64,000 nucleotides of DNA from Fidelibacterota bacterium (lineage in GTDB: Bacteria > Fidelibacterota > Marinisomatia > Marinisomatales > Marinisomataceae), in the NCBI GenBank assembly GCA_965212055.1, contig OZ243041.1, positions 288,001 to 352,000 of the forward strand, in the 5' to 3' direction. Positions 36,524 to 47,200 of the stretch are shown here, one piece after another (positions within the stretch are counted from its first letter, which is position 1; each line of letters starts with the position of its first letter). The notes below the pieces were generated by a model. That model was not told the DNA's origin, made no database searches, and saw only the letters and a program-made list of their open reading frames with translations. Both the position numbers and the translations under genes were made by a program.

Positions 36524-37936
36524 ATGATTTATTATCTTGTCATTGGAATTTATTTAATCGGTTTGCTTCTGATTGGTTTTAGCAAATCAGATTCAATCAA
36601 AAATCAAGAAGATTTTTCTGTAGCAGGGAGATCTTTATCTACTTGGGTTCTTGTTGGTACCATGGCCGCAACATGGATGGGGACAGGGTCTGTTCTTGGA
36701 AATGCAGGAAAAACCTTTGAAATAGGTGCATCTGGGTTTTTGTTACCTATAGGTGGTATGTTAGGTGTATTAGTACTAACAAAGATAGCTGGCAAAGCAA
36801 GAGCTTCTGAAAAACTAACCGTTCCAGAAATTATTGGTTCGAGATTTGGTGATATAGCAATGATACTATCTGTTGTTGCACTCCTTGCTGCTTATCTAGT
36901 GATTGTTAGCTATCAGTTTAATGCTGGTGGTGCAGTAATTCATACTATATTTCATGATAATTTGGGTAGTGGACTGACTTTGAATCAAGCAACCATAATA
37001 GCAGCACTATTTATTGTTGCATATACTGTTTTAGCTGGGTTATTAAGCGTTGCATATACAGATGTTGCAAATGGCATACTGATGATCACTTGTTTTATTA
37101 TCGCACTCCCAATTCTTTTCTTCCAGGCGGGAGGGTTTGATGGTATGTATATTAATTTTCAAAATAAGGGCATGATAAATGTACCTAGTGAAGGCAATAA
37201 TATGTCTTTGTTTGGTGTACTTTCATTTCGAGATGTTATAAACTTTACCCTACCATCTTTTTTATTAATCCTTGGTGATGCGAATATGTATCAACGATTC
37301 TTTGCTAGTGAATCAGTGCAGTCCGTAAAAAAAGCAACCTATCTATTATTTTTTGCGATTGTTATTTTGGAGTCTTTGATTGTTGCAAATGCATGGATTA
37401 GTTCTAGTATGATTACTGAGATAGAAAAAGAATCCCATGTATTAATTTATGCAGCTTATAATTTTTTACCACCATTTATTGGAGCGTTAATGCTTGCAAC
37501 AATAATAGGTATTATTATTTCTACAGCTGATTCATTTTTGCTTGTTCCAACAACCATTTTAATTAATGATATTTATCTAAAATATTCAAATCGTAAATAT
37601 TCTGATAAAACCATTGTGCTTTTAAGTAGGATGTTGGTTCTATTATTGGGATTCTTTTCATATTGGGTTTCAAGAATGTTTGCTGCTGATACAACTATCT
37701 TTGAAAAAGCGCTTTATGCATTTACTATTTATGGTACAGCAATCACTCCTACATTATTAGCAGCATTCTTTTGGGACAAAGCAACGAAGTATGGAGCTAT
37801 ATGTTCAATTTTATCAGGAATAGTTGCAACAGTCTATTTTGGAAATCAGTGGAGTCTTGATGAAGCTGTTATTCCAGCTTTAGCTATTTCTGCTTCTGCA
37901 TTGGTATTAGTAAGTCTTTTATCAAGTAATGATTAA
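36524..37936 (+). CDS. Sodium:solute symporter family protein
   Basis: DFSVAGRSL, GLLSVAYTD, YQRFFA, ISTADS. Confidence 0.92.
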   Translation: MIYYLVIGIYLIGLLLIGFSKSDSIKNQEDFSVAGRSLSTWVLVGTMAATWMGTGSVLGNAGKTFEIGASGFLLPIGGMLGVLVLTKIAGKARASEKLTVPEIIGSRFGDIAMILSVVALLAAYLVIVSYQFNAGGAVIHTIFHDNLGSGLTLNQATIIAALFIVAYTVLAGLLSVAYTDVANGILMITCFIIALPILFFQAGGFDGMYINFQNKGMINVPSEGNNMSLFGVLSFRDVINFTLPSFLLILGDANMYQRFFASESVQSVKKATYLLFFAIVILESLIVANAWISSSMITEIEKESHVLIYAAYNFLPPFIGALMLATIIGIIISTADSFLLVPTTILINDIYLKYSNRKYSDKTIVLLSRMLVLLLGFFSYWVSRMFAADTTIFEKALYAFTIYGTAITPTLLAAFFWDKATKYGAICSILSGIVATVYFGNQWSLDEAVIPALAISASALVLVSLLSSND

Positions 37937-38538
37937 ATTGTAATTTCAAGTGGAGGATTATGAACAGATGAAGATACTCCATCATCTCTAAATGATCTTC
38001 TATAGTATTCAAATGGCTTCCCAGTTCCTTGCCAATTTTTTACTTGATTGATAATAGAAATATTATCATCAAATCTATTCGTAATACCTATACGGACGTG
38101 TCCAGTCATATATCTAATATTTTCTCTTTTTTCTGCCCAACTGACATAAACACGTTTTAACATTCTTGCGAAACCATTTGATTTATATTTTGCCATAAAA
38201 ACAAAAGCGTAGGTATAAAGTGTATTATATTTACCAAAATTTTCATCATTCACAGCCCAGCTTTCTTCACGTAATTCTTCCAAAGGAATTCCAATAATAT
38301 ATCCAATAATTTCATTTTGATATCTTGCTATAAATGGCAATGATTTTTTTCCATCAAAGTATTTTCCAATAGTATTTTTTGTTAAAACAGCTTGTCTTCC
38401 ATATTCTTTTGCAAGGCGTAAAGAGATACTAACTAATGGGGGATAATCTTCTTTTCCGAGTTCCTCAACAAATTCGATTTGGAAAACATTTGTTGAAGCA
38501 ATAATCTTTGTTTGTGACTTTTCTAAATTGTTCTCCAT
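37933..38538 (-). CDS. Hypothetical protein, probable GNAT fold
   Basis: IIGYIIG strand and YKSNGFA.ML resembling GNAT motif A. Confidence 0.6.
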   Translation of the reverse strand: MENNLEKSQTKIIASTNVFQIEFVEELGKEDYPPLVSISLRLAKEYGRQAVLTKNTIGKYFDGKKSLPFIARYQNEIIGYIIGIPLEELREESWAVNDENFGKYNTLYTYAFVFMAKYKSNGFARMLKRVYVSWAEKRENIRYMTGHVRIGITNRFDDNISIINQVKNWQGTGKPFEYYRRSFRDDGVSSSVHNPPLEITI

Positions 38539-38580
38539 TTAGGGGAAAATTAAAAATATTTAAATCTACTATGAAGCCAT

Positions 38581-38609
38581 TTGTTTCATCATGTTAATTG
38601 AACTAAATT
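38581..38609 (+). promoter_or_regulatory. Putative sigma70 promoter of pyrF (leaderless geometry)
   Basis: TTGTTT-17 nt-TAAATT, 6 nt before ATG 38616. Confidence 0.55.
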
Positions 38610-38615
38610 TCGCTG

Positions 38616-39395
38616 ATGGTATCCTTTATAGATAAACTAAAAAATTCAATTAAAACAAAAGAATCTAATTTATGTGTCGGAATTGATATTGATAAAAAAC
38701 AGTTTGCTTCCAATGTTACTTTAGAAGAATTAAAAGATTATTCATTTACAGTTGTTGATGCTACGAGAGATTTTGCTGCTGCGTATAAACCTAATCTAGC
38801 TTTTTTTGAAGAATGGGGATCGAAAGGTTTTGTTTGGTTAGAAGAATTAATAAAAGAAATTGGAAATCAGCATATTATTATAGCAGATGCAAAAAGAGGA
38901 GATATTGGTAATTCCGCCGCACATTATGCAAATGCTTTTTTTAAACATTTTGATTGTGATGCTATTACCGTGAATCCTTATATGGGAGAAGAAACAATAA
39001 AGCCATTTTCTATAGACTCTTCAAGAGGAGTTTATGTTTTATGTGTAACCTCAAATTCATCTGCAGAATATATACAAAATGATACTTTTAAAAATGTAAT
39101 CAATTTGACAAATGATATGAATGAGAATAAAAATATTGGTTTAGTTGTTGGTGCTACCGATATGCACAAAATGAAAGAAGTACGATCATTAAGCAATTTA
39201 CCTTTTTTGATTCCAGGTATTGGTGCACAAGGAGGAGATTTAGAGAATACAGTTAATATTAACAAAGAATTTATAGATTCAACTTTGGTAAATGTCTCAC
39301 GATCTATAATTTTTGCTGATAACAAAGATTCTAACAGTATTTATAATGCTGCAAAAGAATTTTCAGGACAAATGAGAAAATATTGTGAACGATAA
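38616..39395 (+). CDS. pyrF: Orotidine-5'-phosphate decarboxylase
   Basis: LCVGID, YKPNLAFF, DAKRGDIG, PGIGAQGG. Confidence 0.96.
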   Translation: MVSFIDKLKNSIKTKESNLCVGIDIDKKQFASNVTLEELKDYSFTVVDATRDFAAAYKPNLAFFEEWGSKGFVWLEELIKEIGNQHIIIADAKRGDIGNSAAHYANAFFKHFDCDAITVNPYMGEETIKPFSIDSSRGVYVLCVTSNSSAEYIQNDTFKNVINLTNDMNENKNIGLVVGATDMHKMKEVRSLSNLPFLIPGIGAQGGDLENTVNINKEFIDSTLVNVSRSIIFADNKDSNSIYNAAKEFSGQMRKYCER

Positions 39396-39963
39396 AGATT
39401 TTACTGAGATTTTTGAGAAAACAAATGCATTAATGTATGGTCATTTCATACTATCTTCTGGGCTCAGAAGTGATGCATATTTTCAATGCGCTAAAGTATT
39501 ACAATATCCAGAATATTTAACGATGTTTGGAGAAATATTGTCCAATCATTTTAAGTCATATTCAGTTGACAAAGTTATTTCACCTGCATTAGGCGGTATT
39601 GTTCTTGGGACCGAAGTTGGTAGACAATTAGGCGTAAAAACAATTTTTTGTGAAAGAATTGATCAAAATATGAAACTCAGAAGAGGATTTACCATTAAAG
39701 AAGGTGAAAAGATTTTAATTATTGAGGATGTTCTAAGTACAGGAGGATCTCTAAAAGAGGTTATGAAATTAGTCAATCATCACAGAGGAACTATTTGTGG
39801 GATAGGAATAATTGTTGATAGAAGTTCATCAAAAATAGATTTACATGAAGAATTCTTTTCAGTGACCAAACAAGTTGCAAATATCTTCTCTCCAGAAGAT
39901 ATTCCAGATTCTCTTAAAAATATTCCACCCACAAAGCCTGGAAGCAAAAATATAGATGTATAA
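39385..39963 (+). CDS. pyrE: Orotate phosphoribosyltransferase
   Basis: GHFILSSG, PRPP motif IEDVLSTGGS; GTG start. Confidence 0.95.
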   Translation: MNDKDFTEIFEKTNALMYGHFILSSGLRSDAYFQCAKVLQYPEYLTMFGEILSNHFKSYSVDKVISPALGGIVLGTEVGRQLGVKTIFCERIDQNMKLRRGFTIKEGEKILIIEDVLSTGGSLKEVMKLVNHHRGTICGIGIIVDRSSSKIDLHEEFFSVTKQVANIFSPEDIPDSLKNIPPTKPGSKNIDV

Positions 39964-40897
39964 AAATTTGAAAATAGGTCTTGCTCTTGGTGGAGGTGGA
40001 GCAAGAGGCGCATGTCATATTGGTATATTAAAATCTTTAGAAGAACATAATATATTTCCTGATATTATTTCTGGAACAAGTGCAGGTTCAATGATTGGTG
40101 CAATGTATGCCTGTCATGGGAATGCAAAAACGGTTGAAAAAAAATATATAGAACACATTAATAGCACAGATTTTAAAGATTTAGGTTTTAGATATATATC
40201 CAATGATGAAAAAGATGAATCAGTCTTTTCACAAGTAATGAAACAAATAAAAAATCAGTATGTTTTAATGGTTAGTTCAACACGAAGATCAATTATTAAG
40301 AATGAAAGACTCTCAAAGGCAACAAAAAACCTGATTTCATGCACAACATTTGATGAATTAAATATACCATTAATTATAACTGCTACTGATCTTCTATCAG
40401 GAAAACCGATTGTTTATAAATCTGGTAGTATCGTAGATGCGGTTGTTCAGAGCTCATCTATCCCTGGTTTTATAGAGCCGACATATCAGAATGATAGAAT
40501 GTTGGTTGATGGAGGAGTGGTATTGCCAACTCCTGTAAGTCCATTATTAAATAAGTGTGATTTTATTATTGCAATTAATATTAGTAAAAAGTTTAAAACC
40601 AATCAAAAGCTTGAGAATATTGTTGAGATTATGTCAAGAGTAAGAGATCTTTCAGTCCGTCATTTAAATGAGTACCTATTAAATCAAGCTGATTTTGTAT
40701 TTCACCCAGATCATGATAGCCTTCATTGGTCTGCATTTGATCGTACAGATGATTTTATTAAAAATGGACACGATTGCGCTAAAAAAGAAATCGAAAATTT
40801 AATTCATACACTTGATTCTTTCGGCACAGTTGATATAGAGATTCCTGAAGAAACTTTTTGGACAAAGATTAAGAAGAAGTTATTTTCCCAAAACTGA
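39956..40897 (+). CDS. Patatin-like phospholipase
   Basis: GGGGARG, GTSAG, DGG. Confidence 0.93.
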   Translation: MYKNLKIGLALGGGGARGACHIGILKSLEEHNIFPDIISGTSAGSMIGAMYACHGNAKTVEKKYIEHINSTDFKDLGFRYISNDEKDESVFSQVMKQIKNQYVLMVSSTRRSIIKNERLSKATKNLISCTTFDELNIPLIITATDLLSGKPIVYKSGSIVDAVVQSSSIPGFIEPTYQNDRMLVDGGVVLPTPVSPLLNKCDFIIAINISKKFKTNQKLENIVEIMSRVRDLSVRHLNEYLLNQADFVFHPDHDSLHWSAFDRTDDFIKNGHDCAKKEIENLIHTLDSFGTVDIEIPEETFWTKIKKKLFSQN

Positions 40898-42714
40898 TGA
40901 AGAAATTATTATTATTATTTTATTTTTCAATATTGTTTGGTCAACAATTTGATGATCCAGCTGATTTTAGGTTTAGTATAGATGATATAAGGCAAGGAGA
41001 AGTCGCTCTTATAACTTTGGATACAGAACTTGAATATGGTTGGCATATTTATGCAATATATGATGTTCCAGATGGCCCTGAATCAACAACTGTCAGAATA
41101 GAAGGCTCAATTGTTAATCAAGTTGGTAGAATTATTGAACCTCAACCAATTGAAGATTTTGATGAAGGGTTTATGATTATCACAAAGTATCATAAAAATA
41201 AACCACAATTTAAAATACCAGTTCAAATTAGTGATGATACTCCTTTAGGATCTTATAGTTTTAAGTGTACAGTAAGATATCAAGTATGTAACGAAGGCTT
41301 ATGTTATCCTCCTAATGAATACACAGAAACTTTAACGTTTAGTGTTATAGATGGGGATATTAGAAATGAATATGCTATTGCTAGTTTTTCTTTTGATGAA
41401 AGATCTATATTGGACGTAACAGATAATAAAATAGGATCCTTTCTTTTGTTGGCACTCAGCATGGGGTTTTTGGCACTATTAACTCCTTGTGTATTTCCAA
41501 TGATACCTATTACAATCTCTTTTTTCTTGAAGAGAAGTGAAGATAAAAATACTTCACCTGTTAAAGGGGCTTTTGTTTATATGCTTGGGATTGTGATGAC
41601 ATTTACATTGCTTGGGATGTTGCTAGCTATCTTCCTTGGCGCTTCTGGAGCAACGCAACTTGCCTCTAATCCTTATGTAAATCTGTTTATTGCTTTTCTG
41701 TTTGCCTATTTTGCTTTTTCACTTTTTGGTTTTTATGAAATTGATCTTCCTCAATCATTGAAGCGTTTTTCACTCCAGAGAGAAAACTCTGAAGGATATG
41801 CAGGTATATTGTTTATGGCTTTAACTTTTACTATTACTTCTTTTACATGTACAGTGGCATTTATGGGTCTAATACTGGTTGCAGCATCACAAGGGCAATG
41901 GTTTTGGCCTATTATTGGTATGTTAATATTTAGTTTAGCTTTTGCATCTCCTTTTTTCTTATTAGCTCTTTTTCCACACTATTTAACAAAACTACCACAA
42001 TCTGGTAATTGGCTCAATTCAGTAAAAGTAATAATGGGATTTTTAGAAATAGCAGCAGCATTTAAATTTATTAGCAATACAGACTTAGTGTGGAATTGGA
42101 ATATTTTTACTTATGAAATTGTCCTTTTTTCTTGGTCTGTAATAATATTCTTATGTTTTTTATATCTTTTGGGTCTTATTCGTTTTAAAAATGACTCAAA
42201 AATATCTTTTTCAAGTATGCGTTTAGATCAGACAATTATGCGTGTAGTTTTTGCAATTCCATTTCTATTGTTTAGTCTATATTTGGTATCAGGGAATTTC
42301 GGATATAATATTAACGGCACTATTGAATCATATTTGCCTCCAAAGAAAGCACATTCTAATCTGGATTGGGTAAATTCTTTAGAAGAAGGTTTTCGCTTAG
42401 CAAAAGCAGACAATAGGAATATATTTATTGATTTTACAGGAGTTACATGCACCAACTGTCGCTGGATGGAGACTAATATATTCACAGAAGAATCTGTGGA
42501 AGAATTAATGCAAAAATTTGTTTTAGTTAGCCTATATACTGATGCTGGAGAAAATTATATTCAGAAAAGGGAGTATCAAATTAATAGATTTAAAACTGCT
42601 GCACTTCCTTATTATGTTATTTTAGATAAAAATGACTTTGTTATTGGAGAATTTCCGGGAATGTCAAGAAATGTAAATGATTTTCAAGATTTTCTAAGAA
42701 AAGGATTAAATTAA
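40897..42714 (+). CDS. dsbD: Thiol:disulfide interchange protein DsbD
   Basis: N-domain CNEGLC, TM LTPCVFPMIP and SFTCT, thioredoxin CTNC. Confidence 0.92.
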   Translation: MKKLLLLFYFSILFGQQFDDPADFRFSIDDIRQGEVALITLDTELEYGWHIYAIYDVPDGPESTTVRIEGSIVNQVGRIIEPQPIEDFDEGFMIITKYHKNKPQFKIPVQISDDTPLGSYSFKCTVRYQVCNEGLCYPPNEYTETLTFSVIDGDIRNEYAIASFSFDERSILDVTDNKIGSFLLLALSMGFLALLTPCVFPMIPITISFFLKRSEDKNTSPVKGAFVYMLGIVMTFTLLGMLLAIFLGASGATQLASNPYVNLFIAFLFAYFAFSLFGFYEIDLPQSLKRFSLQRENSEGYAGILFMALTFTITSFTCTVAFMGLILVAASQGQWFWPIIGMLIFSLAFASPFFLLALFPHYLTKLPQSGNWLNSVKVIMGFLEIAAAFKFISNTDLVWNWNIFTYEIVLFSWSVIIFLCFLYLLGLIRFKNDSKISFSSMRLDQTIMRVVFAIPFLLFSLYLVSGNFGYNINGTIESYLPPKKAHSNLDWVNSLEEGFRLAKADNRNIFIDFTGVTCTNCRWMETNIFTEESVEELMQKFVLVSLYTDAGENYIQKREYQINRFKTAALPYYVILDKNDFVIGEFPGMSRNVNDFQDFLRKGLN

Positions 42715-42718
42715 TTAT

Positions 42719-42747
42719 GGAACTTATTTTAAGGTTCTTTATTTAAA
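42719..42747 (+). promoter_or_regulatory. Putative ECF (sigmaE-like) promoter of degP
   Basis: GGAACTT-16 nt-TTTAAA just upstream of ATG 42758. Confidence 0.4.
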
Positions 42748-42757
42748 TAAAACAATT

Positions 42758-44164
42758 ATGAAAAAACTAATTATATCAATTATTACAATATCATTTGTTT
42801 TTGGTCAAAATCCTGTTTTTCAACAGTTTAGTACTTTATTTGCTGATATAGTTGAAGATGTAAACCAATCCGTTGTTACAATTACTGCCAAGAAAACCTA
42901 TACAATGAATAAAGAGGTTCAAGATTTCTATCGATTTTGGGGTAGAAATATTCCTGATTCTTACCAGGGAAGATCATTGGGTTCTGGTGTGATAGTAGAT
43001 GCAGATAATGGTTATGTTATTACTAACCATCATGTTGTATTTGATAATGGAAAACCTGTAGATGAAATCATTATAGAATTGATGGATAAGAGAATGTTTG
43101 ATGCAGAAATTGTAGGTCTTGATGAAGGGACTGATTTAGCTATTTTAAAGATTGAAGCTGATAATTTGAAATCTGTTAAAGTGGGAGATTCTGATAAGGT
43201 TAGAGTTGGTGAATGGGTATTAGCCATAGGAAGTCCTTTTTCTGCAAATTTGAGTCATACAGTTACTGCAGGTATTGTGAGCGCAGTAGGACGTGATAAT
43301 GTGATGACGCAGGGCGGTGATAAATATCAAGATTTTATTCAAACTGATGCCGCAATTAATCCAGGAAATAGTGGTGGAGCATTATTAAATATGGCAGGAG
43401 AATTAATTGGTATTAATGCAGCAATTATTTCTGGATCAAGATCTAGTGCAGGAGTTGGATTTGCTATCCCATCCAACATAGTGAAAAAAGTTAAGGATGA
43501 TTTAGTCGTAAAAGGATACGTTGTACGTTCTTTCTTGGGAATCTACATGCAAGATATTAATGAAGATATCTATGAAGCAATGGAACTTGAATCAATGCGA
43601 GGAACGATAATAGGTGAAGTTGTTCCAGATAGTCCAGCTGATAAAGCTGGTTTAGAAGAAAGTGATATCATTGTAGGTTTTGAGGATCAGAAGATTAATA
43701 ATGGATCAGAATTAAAAAATTTAGTATCAAATAGTATTCCAGGATCAAAAATAAAGCTTAAAATTCTTCGTTCAGGAAGGAATGAAGATATTTATGTAGT
43801 TTTGGAAGAAAAATCGGTTGATGGGTTAGCATCTATGGGTGATATGTATAGAGACAAGCAATTTGGACTTACTGTTGCCAATATATCTGACACTTTAATA
43901 GAAAAATTTGATATTCTTTCTAAAAGTTCCGGTTGGTCAGACGGTTCAGATTTAAAGGGTATTATTGTGACCGAGATATTGCCTGACGGTATTGCTGAAC
44001 AAGCTGGTTTTGAACTTGGTGATCTAATAAATCGTGTAGGACAAAAAAAGATTTCCAATATTAATGAGTTCATTAATGAAATAGAACAATACGAAGAAGA
44101 TAGAAAAATTTTGGTTCTAGTAAAACGCGGTAGAGCGTCTAGATTCTTAACACTTCGAAGATAA
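42758..44164 (+). CDS. degP: Periplasmic serine protease DegP/HtrA
   Basis: Signal peptide, TNHHV, DLAIL, INPGNSGG, two PDZ domains. Confidence 0.94.
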   Translation: MKKLIISIITISFVFGQNPVFQQFSTLFADIVEDVNQSVVTITAKKTYTMNKEVQDFYRFWGRNIPDSYQGRSLGSGVIVDADNGYVITNHHVVFDNGKPVDEIIIELMDKRMFDAEIVGLDEGTDLAILKIEADNLKSVKVGDSDKVRVGEWVLAIGSPFSANLSHTVTAGIVSAVGRDNVMTQGGDKYQDFIQTDAAINPGNSGGALLNMAGELIGINAAIISGSRSSAGVGFAIPSNIVKKVKDDLVVKGYVVRSFLGIYMQDINEDIYEAMELESMRGTIIGEVVPDSPADKAGLEESDIIVGFEDQKINNGSELKNLVSNSIPGSKIKLKILRSGRNEDIYVVLEEKSVDGLASMGDMYRDKQFGLTVANISDTLIEKFDILSKSSGWSDGSDLKGIIVTEILPDGIAEQAGFELGDLINRVGQKKISNINEFINEIEQYEEDRKILVLVKRGRASRFLTLRR

Positions 44165-44176
44165 ATTCTAATCAAA

Positions 44177-44205
44177 TTGCAATAATTCGACATTTCTTAT
44201 AAGTT
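44177..44205 (+). promoter_or_regulatory. Putative sigma70 promoter of ileS
   Basis: TTGCAA-17 nt-TAAGTT, 15 nt before the ATG. Confidence 0.6.
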
Positions 44206-44220
44206 CATAGTTAATTCACT

Positions 44221-47200
44221 ATGGGCATAAAAAAAGAAAATCCAAAAGCAGATTTTATATCAATTGAACACGATATACTTAATTTTTGGGAAAAGAATGA
44301 TATCTTTCAAAAATTAATCAAACAGAACTCCAAAGGTAAGAAATGGAGTTTTCTTGATGGTCCAATTACTGCGAATAATCCAATGGGAGTTCATCATGCA
44401 TGGGGAAGAACGTTAAAAGATGTTTATCAACGTTATAAGGCTATGAATGGATATCAATTACGCTATCAGAACGGTTTTGATTGTCAAGGATTATGGGTAG
44501 AGGTTGAAGTAGAAAAAGAACTTGGTATTAAATCTAAAAAAGAGGTGGAAGATCTTGGTATAGAAAAATTTGTTAATCTCTGTAAAGAAAGAGTACAAAA
44601 ATATTCAAAAATCCAAACGGATCAATCTAAAAGACTAGGTTATTGGATGGATTGGGATAATTCATATTATACCATGTCGGATGATAACAATTATGCAATT
44701 TGGTCTTTTCTAAAAAAATTGTTTGAAGAAGACAAAATTTATCGTGGAACAGATGTTGTTCCATGGTCTGGTAGGTCAGGCACTTCTTATTCTCAGATGG
44801 AAATTATTGAAGGTCGTAAACTAACTGTTCATAAAGGTGTTTTTGTAAAATTTCCCTTAAAAGATCATAAGAATGAAAATTTACTTATCTGGACTACAAC
44901 ACCATGGACTCTATCTTCAAATATTGCTGTAGCAATTAATACAAAATTAAATTATGCAAAAATAGCTTTACCTGATGGTTCTATTTATTATGTTGCTGAA
45001 AATAATTTAAAGTTTCAGCGTCTTGCTAAAGAATTCTCTGAAAAGAAAAACTGGGTTAAAGGAACCCCTAAACTAAAAACTTTAGATCAAATTTTTAAGG
45101 AGAGAGGAGGATATGAAGTTATTGAAGTGCTCAAAGGTAAAGACATGCTTGGTTGGAATTACGAAGGACCTTATGATTATCTTGATGCACAAAATAATAA
45201 TGGAGGTTATCCAAATATTAATGTTGAATTGGAAAAAAAAGAAGTTAATGCAGTTCAATGTCATGTTATTGTTGATGGAGGAAAAGATTCAGAAGGAAAT
45301 GATATGGTAGTTGAAGGAGAAGGGACTGGCATAGTTCATATGGCCGGAGGGTGCGGATCAATAGATAGTAAAATTTGTAAGAAAAATAATTTTGTTGAAA
45401 TATCACCGATTGATAATCAAGCTAATTTTGTTGAAGGTTTTGATTTTTTATCTGGTCTTAATGCAACCGATGAAAAAACTTCAGAAAAAATATTACAAGA
45501 CTTAAAAAAGAGAGATTTATTGCTTTATGCAGAAGATTACCCTCATGTATATCCACATTGTTGGCGATCAGGAGATGAGCTTGTTTTTAAACAAGTAAAC
45601 GAATGGTATATAAACATGGATTGGAGAGATAGAATTAAAAATGTTGTCGATGAAATTAATTGGCTTCCAGAATGGGGATCAGATAGTGAACATAATTGGT
45701 TAGACAATATGGGTGATTGGATGATTTCAAAAAAACGATTTTGGGGATTAGCATTACCAATATGGACATTCGAAGATGGAAGTTTTTATGTTGTTGGCTC
45801 AAAGGAAGAGTTGGAAAAACTTGCTGTTGAAGGATGGGATAAATTTGAAGGTAAGAGTCCTCATCGTCCTTGGATTGATCATGTTAAAATTAAACACCCT
45901 GAGACAGGTTTAGTTGGGAGTAGAATTGAAGATGTTGGAAACCCGTGGCTTGATGCAGGTATTGTTCCTTTTTCTACTCTAGGTTATTTTGAAAATAATG
46001 AATATTGGAAAGAATGGTTTCCTGCTGACTTTATTACGGAATGTTTCCCTGGCCAATTTAGAAATTGGTTTTACTCTTTGCTTGCTATGTCAAGTTTTCT
46101 AGAGAACAAAGCTCCTTTTAAAACTCTTCTTGGTCATGCCTTAGTTAAAGATGAAGATGGGAAAGAAATGCATAAAACTGCAGGTAATGCAATTTGGTTT
46201 GATGATGCGGCTGAAAAAATGGGTGTAGATGTTATGCGATGGATGTACATAAGGCAAAATGTAGAGAATAATCTATTATTTGGATATGGTAAGGCTGATG
46301 ATGTGAGAAAAAGATTAATTAGTTTTTGGAATATTTATTCTTTTTTCTGCACCTATGCTAGTGTTGATAAATTCAAGCCTGATGCACAAAAAATTAACCC
46401 TAAAGATTACGCATTATTAGATAAATGGATTATTGCAAAAGTTAATTTATTAATTAAGGAATCTTCTATTCATTATGACAGATTTGAGGCAGATAAATTA
46501 TTAAAAAAAGTCGAATTATTTATTGATGATTTATCGAATTGGTACATTAGAAGAAATAGAAGAAGATTTTGGAAGAGCGAAAATGATAAAGATAAATTTG
46601 TGGCATATCAGACTTTATATGAGGTGTTGTTATCAGTAATTAAGATTTTGTCTCCAATCTTACCATTTGTAACAGAACATATGTATAAGAATATTTCTAA
46701 AGAGAAATTCGAAAGTGTCCATTTATCTCCTTATCCTGATTCTGATGAGAAAAAAATTGATTTAGAACTTTTGAAGAAAGTTGATGTATTGAAAAAAGTG
46801 ATGGAAGGAGGACGAGCTGCAAGAAAGAAAGCTAATGTGAAAGTAAGACAGCCTTTATCCGAGATAAAAATCTATGAAAATGATTCCAATATTGCTGAAT
46901 TTATAATGAACCAGAAAGAAATTATCCTCGATGAATTAAATATAAAAAAAGTTACAATTACTGATCAAGTTGAAATGATGGGATCTTTTACAATAAAACC
47001 AAATTTTAGAACTTTATCTTCAAAATTTGGGGAAGATATGCAAGAGATTGTAAAGATTGTATCTACAATGGATGAATATTCAACAATTAAAAAATATCTA
47101 CACAATGAAAAGCTTTTTTCAGAAGATTTTGATATTATTAATGAAGATGTAGTTATTCAGATTAAAGGTGGAAAAGATGAAGAAGCATTTTTTTCTCATA

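Noticed and set aside
44165..44220. T-box or attenuator upstream of ileS
   Set aside because: The gap is only 56 nt and is mostly occupied by a promoter
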